Assembly (NCBI GenBank): GCA_036172245.1
Contig: JAYWIR010000016.1
Coordinates: 1,550,001-1,614,000 of the forward strand
Origin: Raillietiella orientalis
Taxonomy: Eukaryota
Direction of reading: 5' to 3'
Length of the DNA stretch: 64,000 nucleotides
The notes under the pieces are model-generated. The model saw only the letters and a list, made by a program, of their open reading frames with translations, did not search any database and was not told the origin of the DNA. Below, piece by piece: positions 1 to 12,809 of this stretch (positions within the stretch are counted from its first letter, which is position 1; the number at the start of each line of letters is the position of its first letter). The position numbers and the translations under genes were made by a program.

Positions 1-2799
1 CTGGCTCCAGTAGGTGGCGGCGGAGCCCGAGGAGGCATCCCCCGCGAGGACGCGCTCGGTCTGCGCTCTCCTGCCCTCAGCGGCGGCGACAGCGGCAGCA
101 ACGGCTCGAGGAAGATTTATGTGCGCTCCGGCGCGAGGGAGGGGGAACCCTGCGAGGAAGAGGCGCACGCGTTCAGGCGCGCGCGAGCCACTTCCTGCAT
201 CCTGCCGCCGATCATACCACGGGCGTCCACGCGCTACCTGCTTCCTCAATTAGCAGGAGGGGGCAAAGGAGGAGGAGGAGGAGGAGGGGGGGGGGAAGGG
301 GAGGGCCAACCGCGCACTATCGCTCGATCTGACCTGAGCCTTCCGCGCGTCTCTCCGGGAACCTTTCCCTACGCTCTATCCTCCTCCTCCCCCAGGTGCG
401 TCCGTCCCCTCGCACACGAGAGTAAACGCTCGCGAGAGAAGGAAGAGGAGGAAGATATCTCTCCTCGGCCTTTTGGCTATGATCAAGGAGGAGGAGGAGA
501 AAGGTGGGAGGGGGAAGACGCCTCCCGAGGTTTCGCCTCCCCTCCCGACGACCCCACCACCCTCCGATCCGTTCCTCTTCCCTCCTTCCCTCTGCCTCCT
601 TCTCTATTTTCGGCTGCTTCTCGCGGAAAGCGCGCGTCACTCTGCGAATTCCCGGTTCTCGGAAATCGAACGCGCGCGCGGACTCGGGAGGACTGCATCG
701 CCGCGTCACACTCCGGAGAGCGGCACAGCGAAGGTCCCAGGCAGGGTGGGGTTGCGCTCTCTTCTTCAGGAAAGGGATGACGGAGCCCTCGCGAAGAGGA
801 CATGGGAGGAAGAGGAAGGAAAGAGCATTCCGATTTTCTCCTTTCCCTTTCTTTTCCTTCCGTCTTCCTCCTTTCCTTCCCTTCTCGCTCCACTGCCTCT
901 TCTTCCTGCCCCCCTTCCTCCCACATCCGTTTTCTGGGCGAGGAGTCTGGACGGCTCGGGACGAAGTCGCATCCTCAGTTCCCCTGCCGATCTTTAGGGG
1001 TCGCTTCTCCCGTTTTCTCTTGCGCCACTCCTCCCTTCCGTCCTCCTTCGTTCCCCATCCTCTTCCCATTCGCTCCAGGAAACCACGTTTGGCTGGAGAG
1101 ATCTTTTGTAGGGATGCTGCTCGGAGAGGAGGTGCGAAATCGGGAAGGGAAGAAAGGGGGAAGAGATTTCCTCCCCTCCCCCACTGTGCGAACTTCTCGT
1201 CCGAAGCGATCGCTACGGGCTCTGCAGGTGCCACCGCTTCAGGTGCGGTCGACCTCCGACTCTTGGAGCTACTTCGAAGCGACGAGGTGGCACGCGTGCC
1301 ATGCGCTCCTCTGGGGGATCCAGGAAGACGTCCTTCTCTACTCTCCCTTCCCTGAGGTCCTTCCATCCTCCCGAAGGCGGGCGCATGGTCTCGACGTGGG
1401 CGCGCCCGCTTCGCTGCCTCGAGCCGTTTGCGCCGCGGTCCCCCCCCCCCCTTCCTTCGGCTTGTTCGTCACCCGCTCTCCGCACGGAAGGCTTTCCCGG
1501 GGTGGTGAGCCTCGCGGGCGATCAGTCATTCCCTTCCCTGCGGGCCTCCGGAGGGGTTATTCCGGAAAGTAAGTCGCACGGGTGTGAGAGAGGAGGAGGG
1601 ACTGTCGCGGCCGCCGGAAGGGGGCGCTTCCGGACCCGCGGGGCGCGAGTGATCGCCCTCTTCCTTTCCAGGTGGGAAGACGCTTCCGTCGGCTGGAACG
1701 GATGCAGCCCATGCGTCTGATGGATCAAAAGCCTGGCTCCAGCAGCTTCTTCCGCACAGCATAGGACACCTCAGCCTATTGGGACGCCTCGCCTCCGTCG
1801 CTCTTGCTCCGAGGGAACGGCTCGAGGGGCGACTTCCCAATGGGACCACCCTCACCCGAGCGCCCCATCCGCACGCCTCCCTCTCACCTCGCCACCTTCC
1901 GGCTCATCTCCGAGCTAGAATGCGCAGCTTCTTGAAAATACAAAAGGAACATCAGGATGTCGTTTTCTTTTCCATCTGGTTTTTCCTTCTGGAGGAATGG
2001 TGCCGCTCTTGAACTCCCCATTCCTTCATCGAGAGTGGAGCCACAGAGCCTCCGGCCCTTCTGCATTCCCCCCTAACAAACGGAATGGAACATCCGCTCA
2101 CCCAATTCCCTGCGCTGGAGACCCGCATCTCCGGAAGGGAGGGGTTCTCCTCAGGTCCGGAGGCAGGCGGCACCAGAGTCTCGTCCAGGAGAGGATGCCC
2201 CTTTCCTTCCACTTCCTCCTGAAACGCCGGTCTCCAAGGCCGCTAGCGTTTCCCTCGGCCCTCCTGTAGGAGCGCAAGGATGCACGCGACATCAGGGGGT
2301 GAATGGGGATCCCCCTACACGGAGGACGGGGATCAAGGGCAAGAGAAAGGGAAGGGAATATCAGCCGGTGGAAGAGGGTCTTCAGTCTCCAGGAGAGCAA
2401 GAGCAATTACAAGGTGTGAGCAAGGGGGGACCAAAGGGAAAGGGAGGGGTAGAGCGGGGTAAAGAACCGGGTCGGAGCTTGGACTCTTCGTCCGCCTTCA
2501 CGTGCCTTTCTGCGGCAGACTTCGCACTGTTGCCGCCGCCACTCCCAGAGTGACAGCAGCAAGAAAGTGGCCCTTCTCCAGAAAGTATCTTCAGGAGACT
2601 TCCGTCGGTTTGGATCGGCTTGGTCAGCACCAAAGACTTTCACGAGGCTCCGTCCCTTCGCCTGAGGGGCTGCTGGTGGGGCGCTGTGGCGATCCAGAGA
2701 GACTTTGGACCTGTCTCGGCAGCGGGAGCAATGCTCGGTCTCCCGTGCACACGGCGTTCCTCGGCGCTCTCGGAGGGGTCGTCAGCCCCTAGCTTTGAG

Positions 2800-3000
2800 G
2801 CGCGCTGACCGGCCAGCCCGGGAGTTCCGCCGCTTCCCCACACCTTCCGACCCGCCGAGAGCAAGGGGAATCCGGAAACGGGAAGATTGGAAGGGATCTG
2901 ATGCTGGAGCGTCATGGAAGGAGCTGCTCCTGGAGGCCGGCCCGAGAGGCAGATCGAAGCAACGTGATCGCTGGGATGAGACCGCAGGGCTCCGAGAGAG
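2800..3000 (-). mobile_element. Decayed Tx1-like ORF1 relic
   Basis: MTLQHQIPSNLPVSGFP followed, after a frameshift, by GRCGEA; resembles the M.L...IPS.L.V.G plus CCHC-knuckle region of Tx1-type ORF1. Confidence 0.4.
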
Positions 3001-5584
3001 AGGGGGAAAAACTTTGGATAAACCGAGGACGCGGGCGCAGTGGGGTACGGACACGGCGGGATTCCAGTGTTTTGCTGCAACGAAAGCCCGAGCAAGATGA
3101 GGCCTCCCTCATCCCCACTGATGACGATCCAGGATTGCATCAGGGACCAATGGGACAGAAGAGGTGATTTTTTAGCATCCGGGTGATTGGGATAGGGGAG
3201 GGGGAAGGGAGCGGACAGAGGGAGAGCAAGCAAGGAGGGCTGGGTTCTGGACGCGATATCAGTGCCGCCGACGCAGTGTTGGAGTGGGCCGTGTCTTGCT
3301 GGAAGCGTCTCAGCGCTCCCGGGAGCTATTCCTTCCTTAATCAGCAGGAGGAGGAGAAGAAGGGGATAAGGGATGACCAAGTGCGATCGTCCGATTCGGT
3401 CTGACTCCGGATACATCCGTCTACCCGCATACGAGAGCGAACGTGCACGAGAGTGGGAAGGGGAGAAAGGGAGGAGGAGGAGGGGGACGTCGCTCTGTCC
3501 ATCTTCCAAGGCTTGTCTCCTCACGACGACTCCAGTACCCTCCTACCCGTTCCTTTCCCCTCTCCTTCCCCCTTCTGCCTCCTGCCCCGCCTGTTTTCTG
3601 CCATAGAAGGGGAAGCTGGTGAAAGCCTGGAAAAAGGAATCCTTCCACCTTCAGGGCGGTGGAGGAGGAGGAGACTGTGATGAGACCTCATGATTTCGGG
3701 CTGGAGACTGGACACTCCTGGATCACGTCCAGAATTCTTCCTCCATCTGAGTGGATGTGCCAGTGATGGGAAAGCTAGCAAAAGGCTAGAGGGGACATGT
3801 GGACTGTAGATTCTAGAAAGAGCAGCCCCTCGGGACCTAGGGGGCTGTCTGAACCCAAAAAGGGGTCCGCACTGTCTGCTTGCTGATCCTTGCCTAATCG
3901 AGGCTCTGGACCTGACGAGAGAGGGAGCTCCAGGAGCTGACGAGCGCAACTCTTTGCAAGGCGCGGAGCCATGAGAGCTCCGCAGCGAGGAGCAAACCGA
4001 TCTAGAAGAGCATGAGAGGAAGGTCAGAGGGTGCGAGGTGAGGGTACAAAGGCATCCGGGGGACAGGGGTGATGGAGGAGCATCTTATAGAAGGGGAAGG
4101 AGAAGACGCAGCCGGCAATCCAACCTCAACATCCCAGTCTAGCTGACCTTTCTGGAACTCATCGAGGGATGGGGTTTGTTACTCCGGAAAGCTCACTGGG
4201 GATATAATAGGGAGGGAGTCGAAGGCTGCTGTCAAAGAAGACCCTCTCTCCAGAACCCACGAGAAAGGAAGGACTCCTTCACTAGGATCCTTCGCGTCCA
4301 CGGGTTCTCGGAGGAGCATAATTTCCCTGTGGGCAGGAGGAAGAGCTCCTGATGAAGGACATCGGAAAAGCTCCCGAGTCATAGGGGACCAAAGCCCTGT
4401 AGATGGTCTCGGGTTCTTTATGGAAACGGGAGTCGGTCTGACGATTACTCTGCCGGATACATGGGAAGGTCCAGGATTAGCGGACGAAGAAGAAGGGACA
4501 GGAAGAGAGCAAAGGAAAAGCCCGCTTTTTCGCTTTGCTCCTCCCTCTCCCAGCTGTGTATCCTTGTTCCTCTCTTCCTCCTCAAGGGGTCTTTCTCGAG
4601 GAAAGCGTTTTTCTGGGTTCTCCTTCCCCTTCTTGCTTTTCAGCTCAGCCCTTCTGGGTTTCTTTCTCGAAGCCGCAGTTTCGTGAGGGAAAGCTATCCC
4701 TTCTCTTTCTGTGCGTGGGACGCCCAGGTCTCCGTCCTGTAGACAGACGGAAAGCCATGCCTCCCTTCCCTCCTCGTAACTGGCCTTGCCCTTCTTCAGA
4801 GAGGGCAGTCCTGACGGGCAGTCTCTCTCTTCAAGGAGCGCATGAGAGGGAGGATCCGGAAACGGCAGCTTCCTCTTGTTCGCTTCCTTCTCCTCGTCTT
4901 CCGAAGGCCTCCGGGTTAGCTGGGAAGGGACGCGGAGGAACCTTCGGCGGAAGACGGCATCCAGCCGCCGCGGAGGGTCTCCGGAAGACTGGATGTGGAA
5001 AGGGGGAACTCTGCAGGAAGCACGTTAGCATCGTCCCTGAGCGGCAGCCTCCGCATGCGCTCGCCCGAAGCTGCGGCGCCTGTTCCACGCGGGCACGTGG
5101 ACGGGATCCATTCCGTGCCCCCACCCCCGTCCAGCCCTTCAACGCGCTTAGAGGCTGGACGTCCTACCCCCGCGCGGGAGTGCACGGCGCTGCTACTTGT
5201 ATCCCTCAGCGTCTCGTCGGCAGTAGGTGAGAGCGGGTAGTGGAGCTGGAGCGTTCCCCTCTGGGGAATGAGGGCCGAGTGTACCTCAGACCCCAGCGGA
5301 GCTCCGGAGTGCTGTGTGGCCAGCCACGGGCTTCCGGTTCAAGGTTGCGGCGGCTGGTTCGGAGCCGAAGAGAGAGGCTCCCTGCCCCTGCTCTCAGGTT
5401 CACGACCCCTCCTCTCTCCGCCCGTCTTCCGCTATCCTTCGAGTTCGGATGGGACCCCCCTCCCAGGGGTCCCTTCACCCTCGCCGTAGCAGGGAGAGGG
5501 AACGAGGATTCGGGTCTCCTGGGATCGGGAACGGCCCCTCGTTCTTGCAGGTGCTCCTTTGATCCCCTATGCAGCCAAGAGCGT

Positions 5585-5812
5585 TCCGGGAACTCGCGAC
5601 TCTCCTCACTTTTGGGTTCCTTTCGGAGAAGAAAAATGGAGCGGACCCCTCCGGGAGTCCTTCCGGAGAGAACAAAGAAGGGAATTTGTCTCGGGGTTTC
5701 CGTCGAAGACAACCAGGGTGGAGGTTCCCTTCGGGGATTCCTCCCCCTGCACGAGAGGAACGGACTCCCTTCTCCGCGGAGCTTTCCCTGGATTCATGGT
5801 CCCCTTCCGGGG
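5585..5812 (+). mobile_element. 3' tail fragment of the same SINE family
   Basis: GAGAAGAAAAATGGAGCGG...GAGGAACGGACTCCCTTCTCCG...TGGATTCATGG matches the reverse complement of 48962-49190 and 63550-63805. Confidence 0.65.
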
Positions 5813-8800
5813 CAGCACCTATCTTGAAGCGCACCCTCGGGTGACGTGGAACGACGTCAAAGACCTGCGTGAGCTGCCAGGAGCGCGATGGTTCTTGAGG
5901 TACTCAGCAAACCAAAAAAAAAATCCCTCGAGCTCCGACTTTGGGGAGGGGGGATCGAATGACCTGAAACCTCCCTGCTGCGTGCATATGTGCACGAAAT
6001 GGGGTGAGGGTGGAGTGGCATTTCTCCTGCAGGCAAGGGGACCCCAGTCTCGAACTTATCAGAGCTATCGCATCCAGGATTGAGGGATTCGTGGATTCTG
6101 TTCCCACGGGCCTCCAGTCCAGGAGAGACCTAACCCTTTCTCCTTTTAAGAGTCGGTGGGTGGTGGGTGGGAAATGGGAGGGAGAAAAGCTAGGCCGCTC
6201 CCATCAAGCCCCGAAGAACCTGGTGCGTCCTGCGAGCGACCTCGGCTCTCCTCCAAGAAGGTCCAGCTTCGGGAGAACCATCCCCTCCCCCCGCTCGTTT
6301 GGGGGTCGGTAGGAGAGGCTTCCCAGCGAGCGAGACGATTCCCACCTTCCTGCCTGCAAAGCCCAGGACACTCTCTAGAACACTCTCTAGACCCGGTGGG
6401 CTAACTGAGGGAGGCTGCGTGTGAGCGCAATCTCCGCAGATCCCCGAAGATCGACCCGGAGCACTGGAGGCGTTGCGCGCCTCCTAGGCTTGATCGCACT
6501 GACCAATCGTCGACCATCTGGCTCGGGAACCCTGTCGCCATCTTCCTCCGGACTTCTCGCGGAAACAATGGGAACTCTGAGGGGAAAACATAGGGGAGGA
6601 GAGTGAAGGTTGCGAAGATGGGCGCCAGGGATGGAGCTGCGCCGAGTGGGAGCTTCCCTGAGTCTCCGTTTCTTCCGACGTCTCCACAGAAAGTGGATCT
6701 TTGCATTTGGAGGTGGTTCCGCGGATGCTTCGCAGCCGGCCAGTTGAGCACTGGTCAATCGAACTCCATTTCCCCAGGTCTGGATCACCTTTTCTCACCG
6801 GATAGCTTTGAGACCCAACACCTAGTGGGGGAGGGAGGAGGAGGGAAGATGTCTCGCAGTGCCATCTTCGGAAGGTCCCCGATTGTTCCTGGAGCACCCA
6901 CCAACTCGCAGGTGTGTTCCAGAGACTCTCCTCGAGTCTTCTGGAACGCGGCGATGCCTGCAGTGGGATCCTGAGGCATCGGACTGCAGGATCGGGAAGC
7001 CTCCTGGTCAGCTTTATGGCGTCCGACCACGGGGCGGGGCTGAAGAGAGGGAATGAAAGGAGTAATGGGGTCACCCCGGATGAAAAAACTTTCGTCCAAC
7101 GGGGATGGAGAGGCTGCTGACCCCGCGTTCGAAGGTGGGGCACCCGCACAGGGCCACTCTGCTCAAGTCTCGTTCTTGATGCTCGCGCGCATGCGCGAGT
7201 ACTCGCTCAAGGATCCTGGCGCCTCGCCAGTCGACATCCCAACTCTTCTCCGCCAGCGGCAGAGGGCGGAGGACAGAGGAAGGGAATGCGAAAATGAAAA
7301 AAAAAGAAGGGAGGGGACGGGTTGAATCAAAGAGGGTAGAGTCCCGATTTCCAGCCCATCCCACCTGCGTTCCGGAGACAGGAGCTCAAGGGGCGACGAT
7401 GGTTCCTCCCTTCCCTCTTCCTCCCTCCTTTGAATTCCTCCTGGACATCCAGGTATCTCAGGCATCGGGAAGCTGGGAGCTCAGCATCGTGAAAGGATTG
7501 CAGAAGACGCGGCGACCTCAGAGCTGCCACGTCCTGAGCGGTGGATGCGCCCGCGGGCCTCTCAGCACCTCGCCGAGGCTCCCGCCCGCCCCTATGCGAA
7601 AGCCATGCCAGCGGGTGGGTGGAGGGAAAAAAGGGAGAAGGAACCACATGCGCTCGCCAACAGCTGAAGGGAGTGTCCTCGAGGAGGGAAGATGCATCTC
7701 GTCATCCCGTCCTCGGGCGCGCTCTCTCTCTCGGAAGACCGGACGGTCATCCGCGAGGGCAACGTCGCCACGAGACGGCGGGAAGCTACCGGCAGCAGCT
7801 TTTCCTGAGTGCCCGGCGACCGCCGCGTCGGAAGGAGGGGAGGGGGGGGGGGGGTAGCTGCGTCCGGCTGGGAACGCTCTGGTCCAGCCCGGTTCCGCAC
7901 CATCTGGTCTCTCACGGTCTGATGCCCCTTCTCTCCCGAAAAGCTCCGGTAAGAAATGCGTGCGCGCGTGCGCAGTTTTTTTGTTTTTTGCTTTTTGTCT
8001 CCGTTTTTCCTTCCTTCCTTCCCCCCCCCTCTTCCCTTCTCGGCCTGAGTTGCCCCGCGAAACGCCCGGTGGTCAACAAGAACGGATGCAGGCGAGCTGC
8101 ACTGGTCGGGGGGAGGGAACTCCGTCGCCGCCTGGGTGCCTCTCGGCCCGGCGTCGCACCCCGGAGAGCCCGTCCCAAGCGCCAGATACCCCCGCATCCT
8201 CCCTCCCTTTCCCTCTCCCCCGCGCGCGCGCGATCCGAATGAAGATTTCATCTCCGCATGATCGAGCGCACGCGTAAACAGGAGGGGACCGGCATTTCCC
8301 GCGCGCGCGACTCTCTCCCGCGGCGATCTCGGGTGCGTGCGTGCGTGCGCGCTTGGAACGAGGAAGCACTCAAACAGCGGAAGTGGCGGGGTGAGTGCTC
8401 CCCGCGCAGACGCGGTTGGCAGTCTCGACAGGAAGATTCCGTCGCGTTCCAGAAATTAGCACCGGACTGCTGGAGCTGCAAGGAGCCGGAGGAGACCGAG
8501 GAGGAAGAGGAGGAGGGACACAAGAAGAAGAACGGATGCTGCTGATGGTGATGATTTGCGAGAGGGGAGGAGGGGGAGAAGGGAAAGGGCGAGTTCGGGC
8601 GGAAGCCGGCGGCGTTCCTCTCCGAGAGGGAGATCCACGAGCGCACGGCCCCAACTCCGTCTCCGCGAGACGGCAGTCCAGCCTTCTTGGGAGACTGGAT
8701 TTCTGGATCGCGCGCCCGAGAGAGAATGCACTCTTCGGGAGACGCCTCGTCTTTCCAGATGTCCCTCCCTCTTCCCTCCCGAGCTGGAAAAGAAGGAATA

Positions 8801-10959
8801 GGCCCTCTGGATCGGAAGGACAGAGAAGACCTCGTGTCTTAAAAGGTTGGGGAAGAAGGGACGGAGGGTAGCCGCAGCACGGAGACGAAACCTACAGACC
8901 CCCTGTTTGGAAGCGGTCAGATCGCCGTGACGATCTGCCTCTGGCAGCAGCCGCAGCCGCTCTGCGTTTTTTCTTCGAGTTCTGGAAAGTCGCCCTGCGG
9001 CGATAGGTCTTCCGGGAGGTTTAGACCCTTCCGGCGTCTCCTTCAAGATGCGTGAGAGCGGAAAGCGAAACAGGAGCGTGAGGATCCCAGTTCCGCTCCG
9101 CTAGACGTTCCTCCTACAGGAGGACACCGCAGGAATCCGCCATCTTTTCGGATCCATGTTCCACCTTCCCTCTTCCTCCTCGCCTGGGAGGTCTCCTGTT
9201 GCGGTTGTTGGTCCGCGAGGGGCGGCCGGCAGTCGCCATTGCGGTCAGCCGCGCTCCCCCGATAGAGTGGGGAGAAACCTGGCTGGGAACATCTCCGGCC
9301 TCTGATGGCCGACGCCAAAAGACTGAACGAACGGACGGACGGCGCGAGCCGGGCGTGGTGGTCACGCGTGTGCGCGGTCCTCCATCTCGTATGATCCACA
9401 CGGCGACGGTAGACGTGGCGAAATGGGGATGGCGGAAAGCTCCCCTAGCAAAGGAGGGCGCGGCGAAGAGGTGAAGAACCGGATCTTCACGTCTCCCGAG
9501 ACGGCACCTAGGAGGAGGTGCGAGCCGGCGACCAAACAACGAAAACAGCCGGGTCGACATGCAGGAGTCACCGCGAGGCCGCGGGATTCCTGCTACCTCC
9601 ATCCGAACCGTTCGAACGGCACCTCTCTATCCTGGAAAGGGACCGAGTGGATACGAACGAAGAGCGCGTTCCCTCGCCGGAGGCTACTGCGCATCCGGAT
9701 AGGAAGGAGTTGGGACTCCCCTCGCGTCTCATGGAAGGCCTCTACGTCTGCAGGGGGATTCCGAGATGTTGGGCTGCAGTATCAGGAAGGCCCCGGACCG
9801 GCTTTGTCGCTGCTCGCCCCTGGAGGAGGGGGGGTTGAGGAAGAGGAGGAGGAGGAAAAGGAAGTGGAGAAAAGGGGGTCGTCCCGGATGAATAAACACA
9901 CCTTCGTCCAACGGAAGCGGAGCGGCCGCTGGCCCCAAATTCGGAGTGGAGCAACCGCTCACGGAGATCCAGGAAAACGCCGTGCTGGTAGTGAAGGGAG
10001 GGGAAGAGGAACGGCGGGGTTGCCGTGGTAATCTCACTGCCTGAAAGGGGGGGGTGAGGAAGGGGACGAATCCTCTCTTGCCAACGGCTGACAGGCGTCC
10101 CGCTGCACCGTCGAACAGTCTCCCACAAATCCAGACTCATCATGTCCTCAGCTCCCTTAGGAACGGGGATGAGGGAAAGGGGAGGCAGGGAGAGGAAGGG
10201 ACGGGTGCTGTCGAGAACGGATCTCCGGTCAGCCCTGGTCGAAATTCCTTCTTGCGTACCTCCACAACGATGCCCTTTCGACCCTCTTTTGCTCCCCCTG
10301 TGCATTTTGGCGCTTGCCACATTCATCTCCACGTGCACCTCGTCAGGAGGGATGGTCGAGGATGCCTTCACTGCCCCCACATGCCGCCATCCTTCCTCAG
10401 AGGGAACCTTTTAATGGTCATTTCGGATACCCACTTCCGTCTCTCCCTTTTAGGCTTAGAGTGGCCACAACTGGGGTCTCTCATTCTTGGTCTCGGCTCC
10501 CTAAGATGCTTCCTCTTTCCTGGCAATCATGCTTTACGATCTGCGGTCCTCCAGAACGCTTAAGGGAACCATCGGCTATAGCCATGACAGCCCTCGCCAC
10601 ACCCCATCTGCCTTCCCCAAGTATATCCTTTGTGGTGTCGTCATGTGACCTTTTCGCTCGAAAAGGAGCCACTGGCCCAAGGCCAGAAAACAACCTAACC
10701 GGTTCTCCAACCTGTTCGGCGACTGCGATGCCGACTGCTGGCCTCCTCTCGATGGCTCGCTCCGCATCGGGGTCTCAACAGGGGGCTTCAGACAAGCAAT
10801 CCGTGCCTCGATTGGCTACCAACGACCCATCACTCGTCACTTCAGCCACCCATGGAAAAATACGTCTTGGTTCTTCCTGAGGGGCCATCTCAAATGCACC
10901 TCGTCCAACAGGAGGAACCAAGCACGGGAAGAGTGCTGCTCCCCGTTCTTCAGCAACGG

Positions 10960-11230
10960 ATAACCCTATCAATTCACCGTTGAGGGACTTCGAAGTGGAA
11001 TTTCCATGTGGGTCATTACCGAAATCTTAGAAACAATCCTCGTCGGTGGGATGCTGACAGGTCGTTCGAGAATCCCGAGCCCTTCAGCATGGCAGCGGTC
11101 CCTGCAGCTTCCTCTCAACGCATGGGCCGTCGCTTTCTCGAGTCCAGTTGCAAGAGGAGGTTGCTGGAAGACCCCACCCCTTCCCTGCCTTATCTCCGAA
11201 CCTCAGGCATTCCCAACTGCCCCAACATTC
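10960..11230 (+). mobile_element. Decayed Tx1-like ORF1 relic
   Basis: PYQFTVEGLRSGISMWVITEILETILVGGMLTGRSRI resembles the ORF1 RRM-like segment ending in G..TG.R; same strand as, and upstream of, the zf-RVT relic at 12621. Confidence 0.3.
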
Positions 11231-11894
11231 CCATTCTCCTCGTGGACTGCCGAGAAGGACCGACTTCGTTCAGGACGACCTGAACGAAGACCGACGAGGG
11301 CTTCAGACTGATTCTCGCCGTTCTCGACTCCAGGAAGCGAAGCAATCTCCTCTCTGTCATTGTGCTATCGGACCGGGATTCTCCCGCTCCAGATTTCGGA
11401 GGTTCCATGCTGCAGGCGACGACGAAAGCCACAAAGCGAAGTTCCAAGAGGGGGAAGAGGGGAGAAGAGTAACGCCTGCTCCTCGAGGAAAGGCTGGTAG
11501 GGAAGAGTACTTCCACCTTTTGGGTAGTTCTTATCGGCGCACACGTCACATCGAGCCATACGACCACAAGTCGTTCGTATGGCAGAAGATCGCAGTCTGA
11601 GGATGTCTGAGGCTCAGATTTGCTTTCCGACAGCCCGGCAGTAGGGAGAAAACCTTCTCTGGTATAGATTTCGGTCATTAGCTTCGCAACTGGGGTCAGG
11701 GAATAAGAACCGTGACCACTGAAACATTTGAGGATCTACGAGGGTTTCGGCTCAGTCCGAACACACCTGCGCCAAGCAGCTCTTTTGAAGAAGTGCTGGA
11801 GATGAATACGAGGATGTCCAAACTTTCGGAACGTGCAGAGGTGTTTCCTTCTGCTATCGGAGGTTCCATGCGAATGACCCTTAAAAGCTCGCTC

Positions 11895-12442
11895 TGGAGG
11901 GCGGCCGTAAGGCTGCTATCTGCTCTTGGCTCCAGGCGTTGCGGGTTCGAAACCCATTCGGGGAATAGGCGGCGCCGAGAAATGGGGGATGCGTCGTGGG
12001 TTTTGAGTTCCCTCCCCCCCCCCGCAGGATGACTCTGGTTGGTCTTTGAGCTTCGGGTGAGGCAATGGTGAAAGCTGGAGCTTCCTGAACCCCCGTTGAC
12101 TGGTTGGGCTTGGAAGCTGACCATCCGGGGTCCTTCCAGGAATCAAGGAACACCCGTTCCCTTTGGGTTTCCTCTCCAGTTGTGAAAATGGAGCCGTTGA
12201 TGCCCCCTCGGGGGATTGCCACTCCAGAAGTGTTAAAGAAGCGCGCTGCATGCTTCGGGGAGCTTTCCTTAGAGAAATTCGGAAGCGCCCCTTCGGGGTG
12301 CTCTTCAGAAGAGGAAACAGGAGCGGTTCCCTTGCGGACTCCCTCCGAAGAAGAAATTTAGGAGCAGATCCTTTCCGGATTTCCTTAGAAGAAGAAATGA
12401 GGAAGAGGTTCCCTTCGGAGACAACCATGGTCCCTCTGGGGT
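11895..12442 (+). mobile_element. tRNA-derived SINE, near full-length copy
   Basis: B-box GGGTTCGAAACCC at about 11943, shared body (GCAGGATGACTCTGGTTGG...CCTTCCAGGAATCAAGGA) and tandem ~40-nt tail. Alignable by eye with the copies at 42k, 46k and 51k. Confidence 0.75.
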
Positions 12443-12620
12443 CATCCTCGCTGACCTGAAGAGTTTCACGCACCTTCGGGTGGTGTGGACACTGTTAAAG
12501 GGTTCTGTGACCCTCCTCCCCCTAAGGAAGAGAACGTTTCTTCAGCACTCCCCGAACCAAAAATGAGCAATCCCGGAAAAAAATGCTGTAAGCAAAGCAG
12601 CGAAGACAGGAGCAGCAAAG

Positions 12621-12809
12621 AATTTCCATCATCTCTGGCTTCCCCTCGAGTGGCAGGAGTTGGCATTGCTGGTGCTGCATGAGGGAATCCCATTCAAGGC
12701 ACGCCTTCACCACTGGACACAGGAGAGCGTGGGCAATCAGTGCGACAGGTGCGGGAAGAAGGAGACCCTTTCGCACCTGCTGTTGGACTGCTCTGCCCAC
12801 CGACTGTGC
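12621..12809 (+). mobile_element. L1/Tx1-like LINE relic, ORF2 C-terminal zf-RVT domain
   Basis: Translates as NFHHLWLPLEWQELALLVLHEGIPFKARLHHWTQESVGNQCDRCGKKETLSHLLLDC, fitting the LP..LH..P...RL...CxxC..ET..HL..C pattern of zf-RVT. Confidence 0.75.

Noticed and set aside
3905..3985. Hammerhead-like CTGACGA-GCGC...GCGC segment
   Set aside because: Followed by GGAG rather than the required GAAA, and stems I and III could not be formed convincingly.
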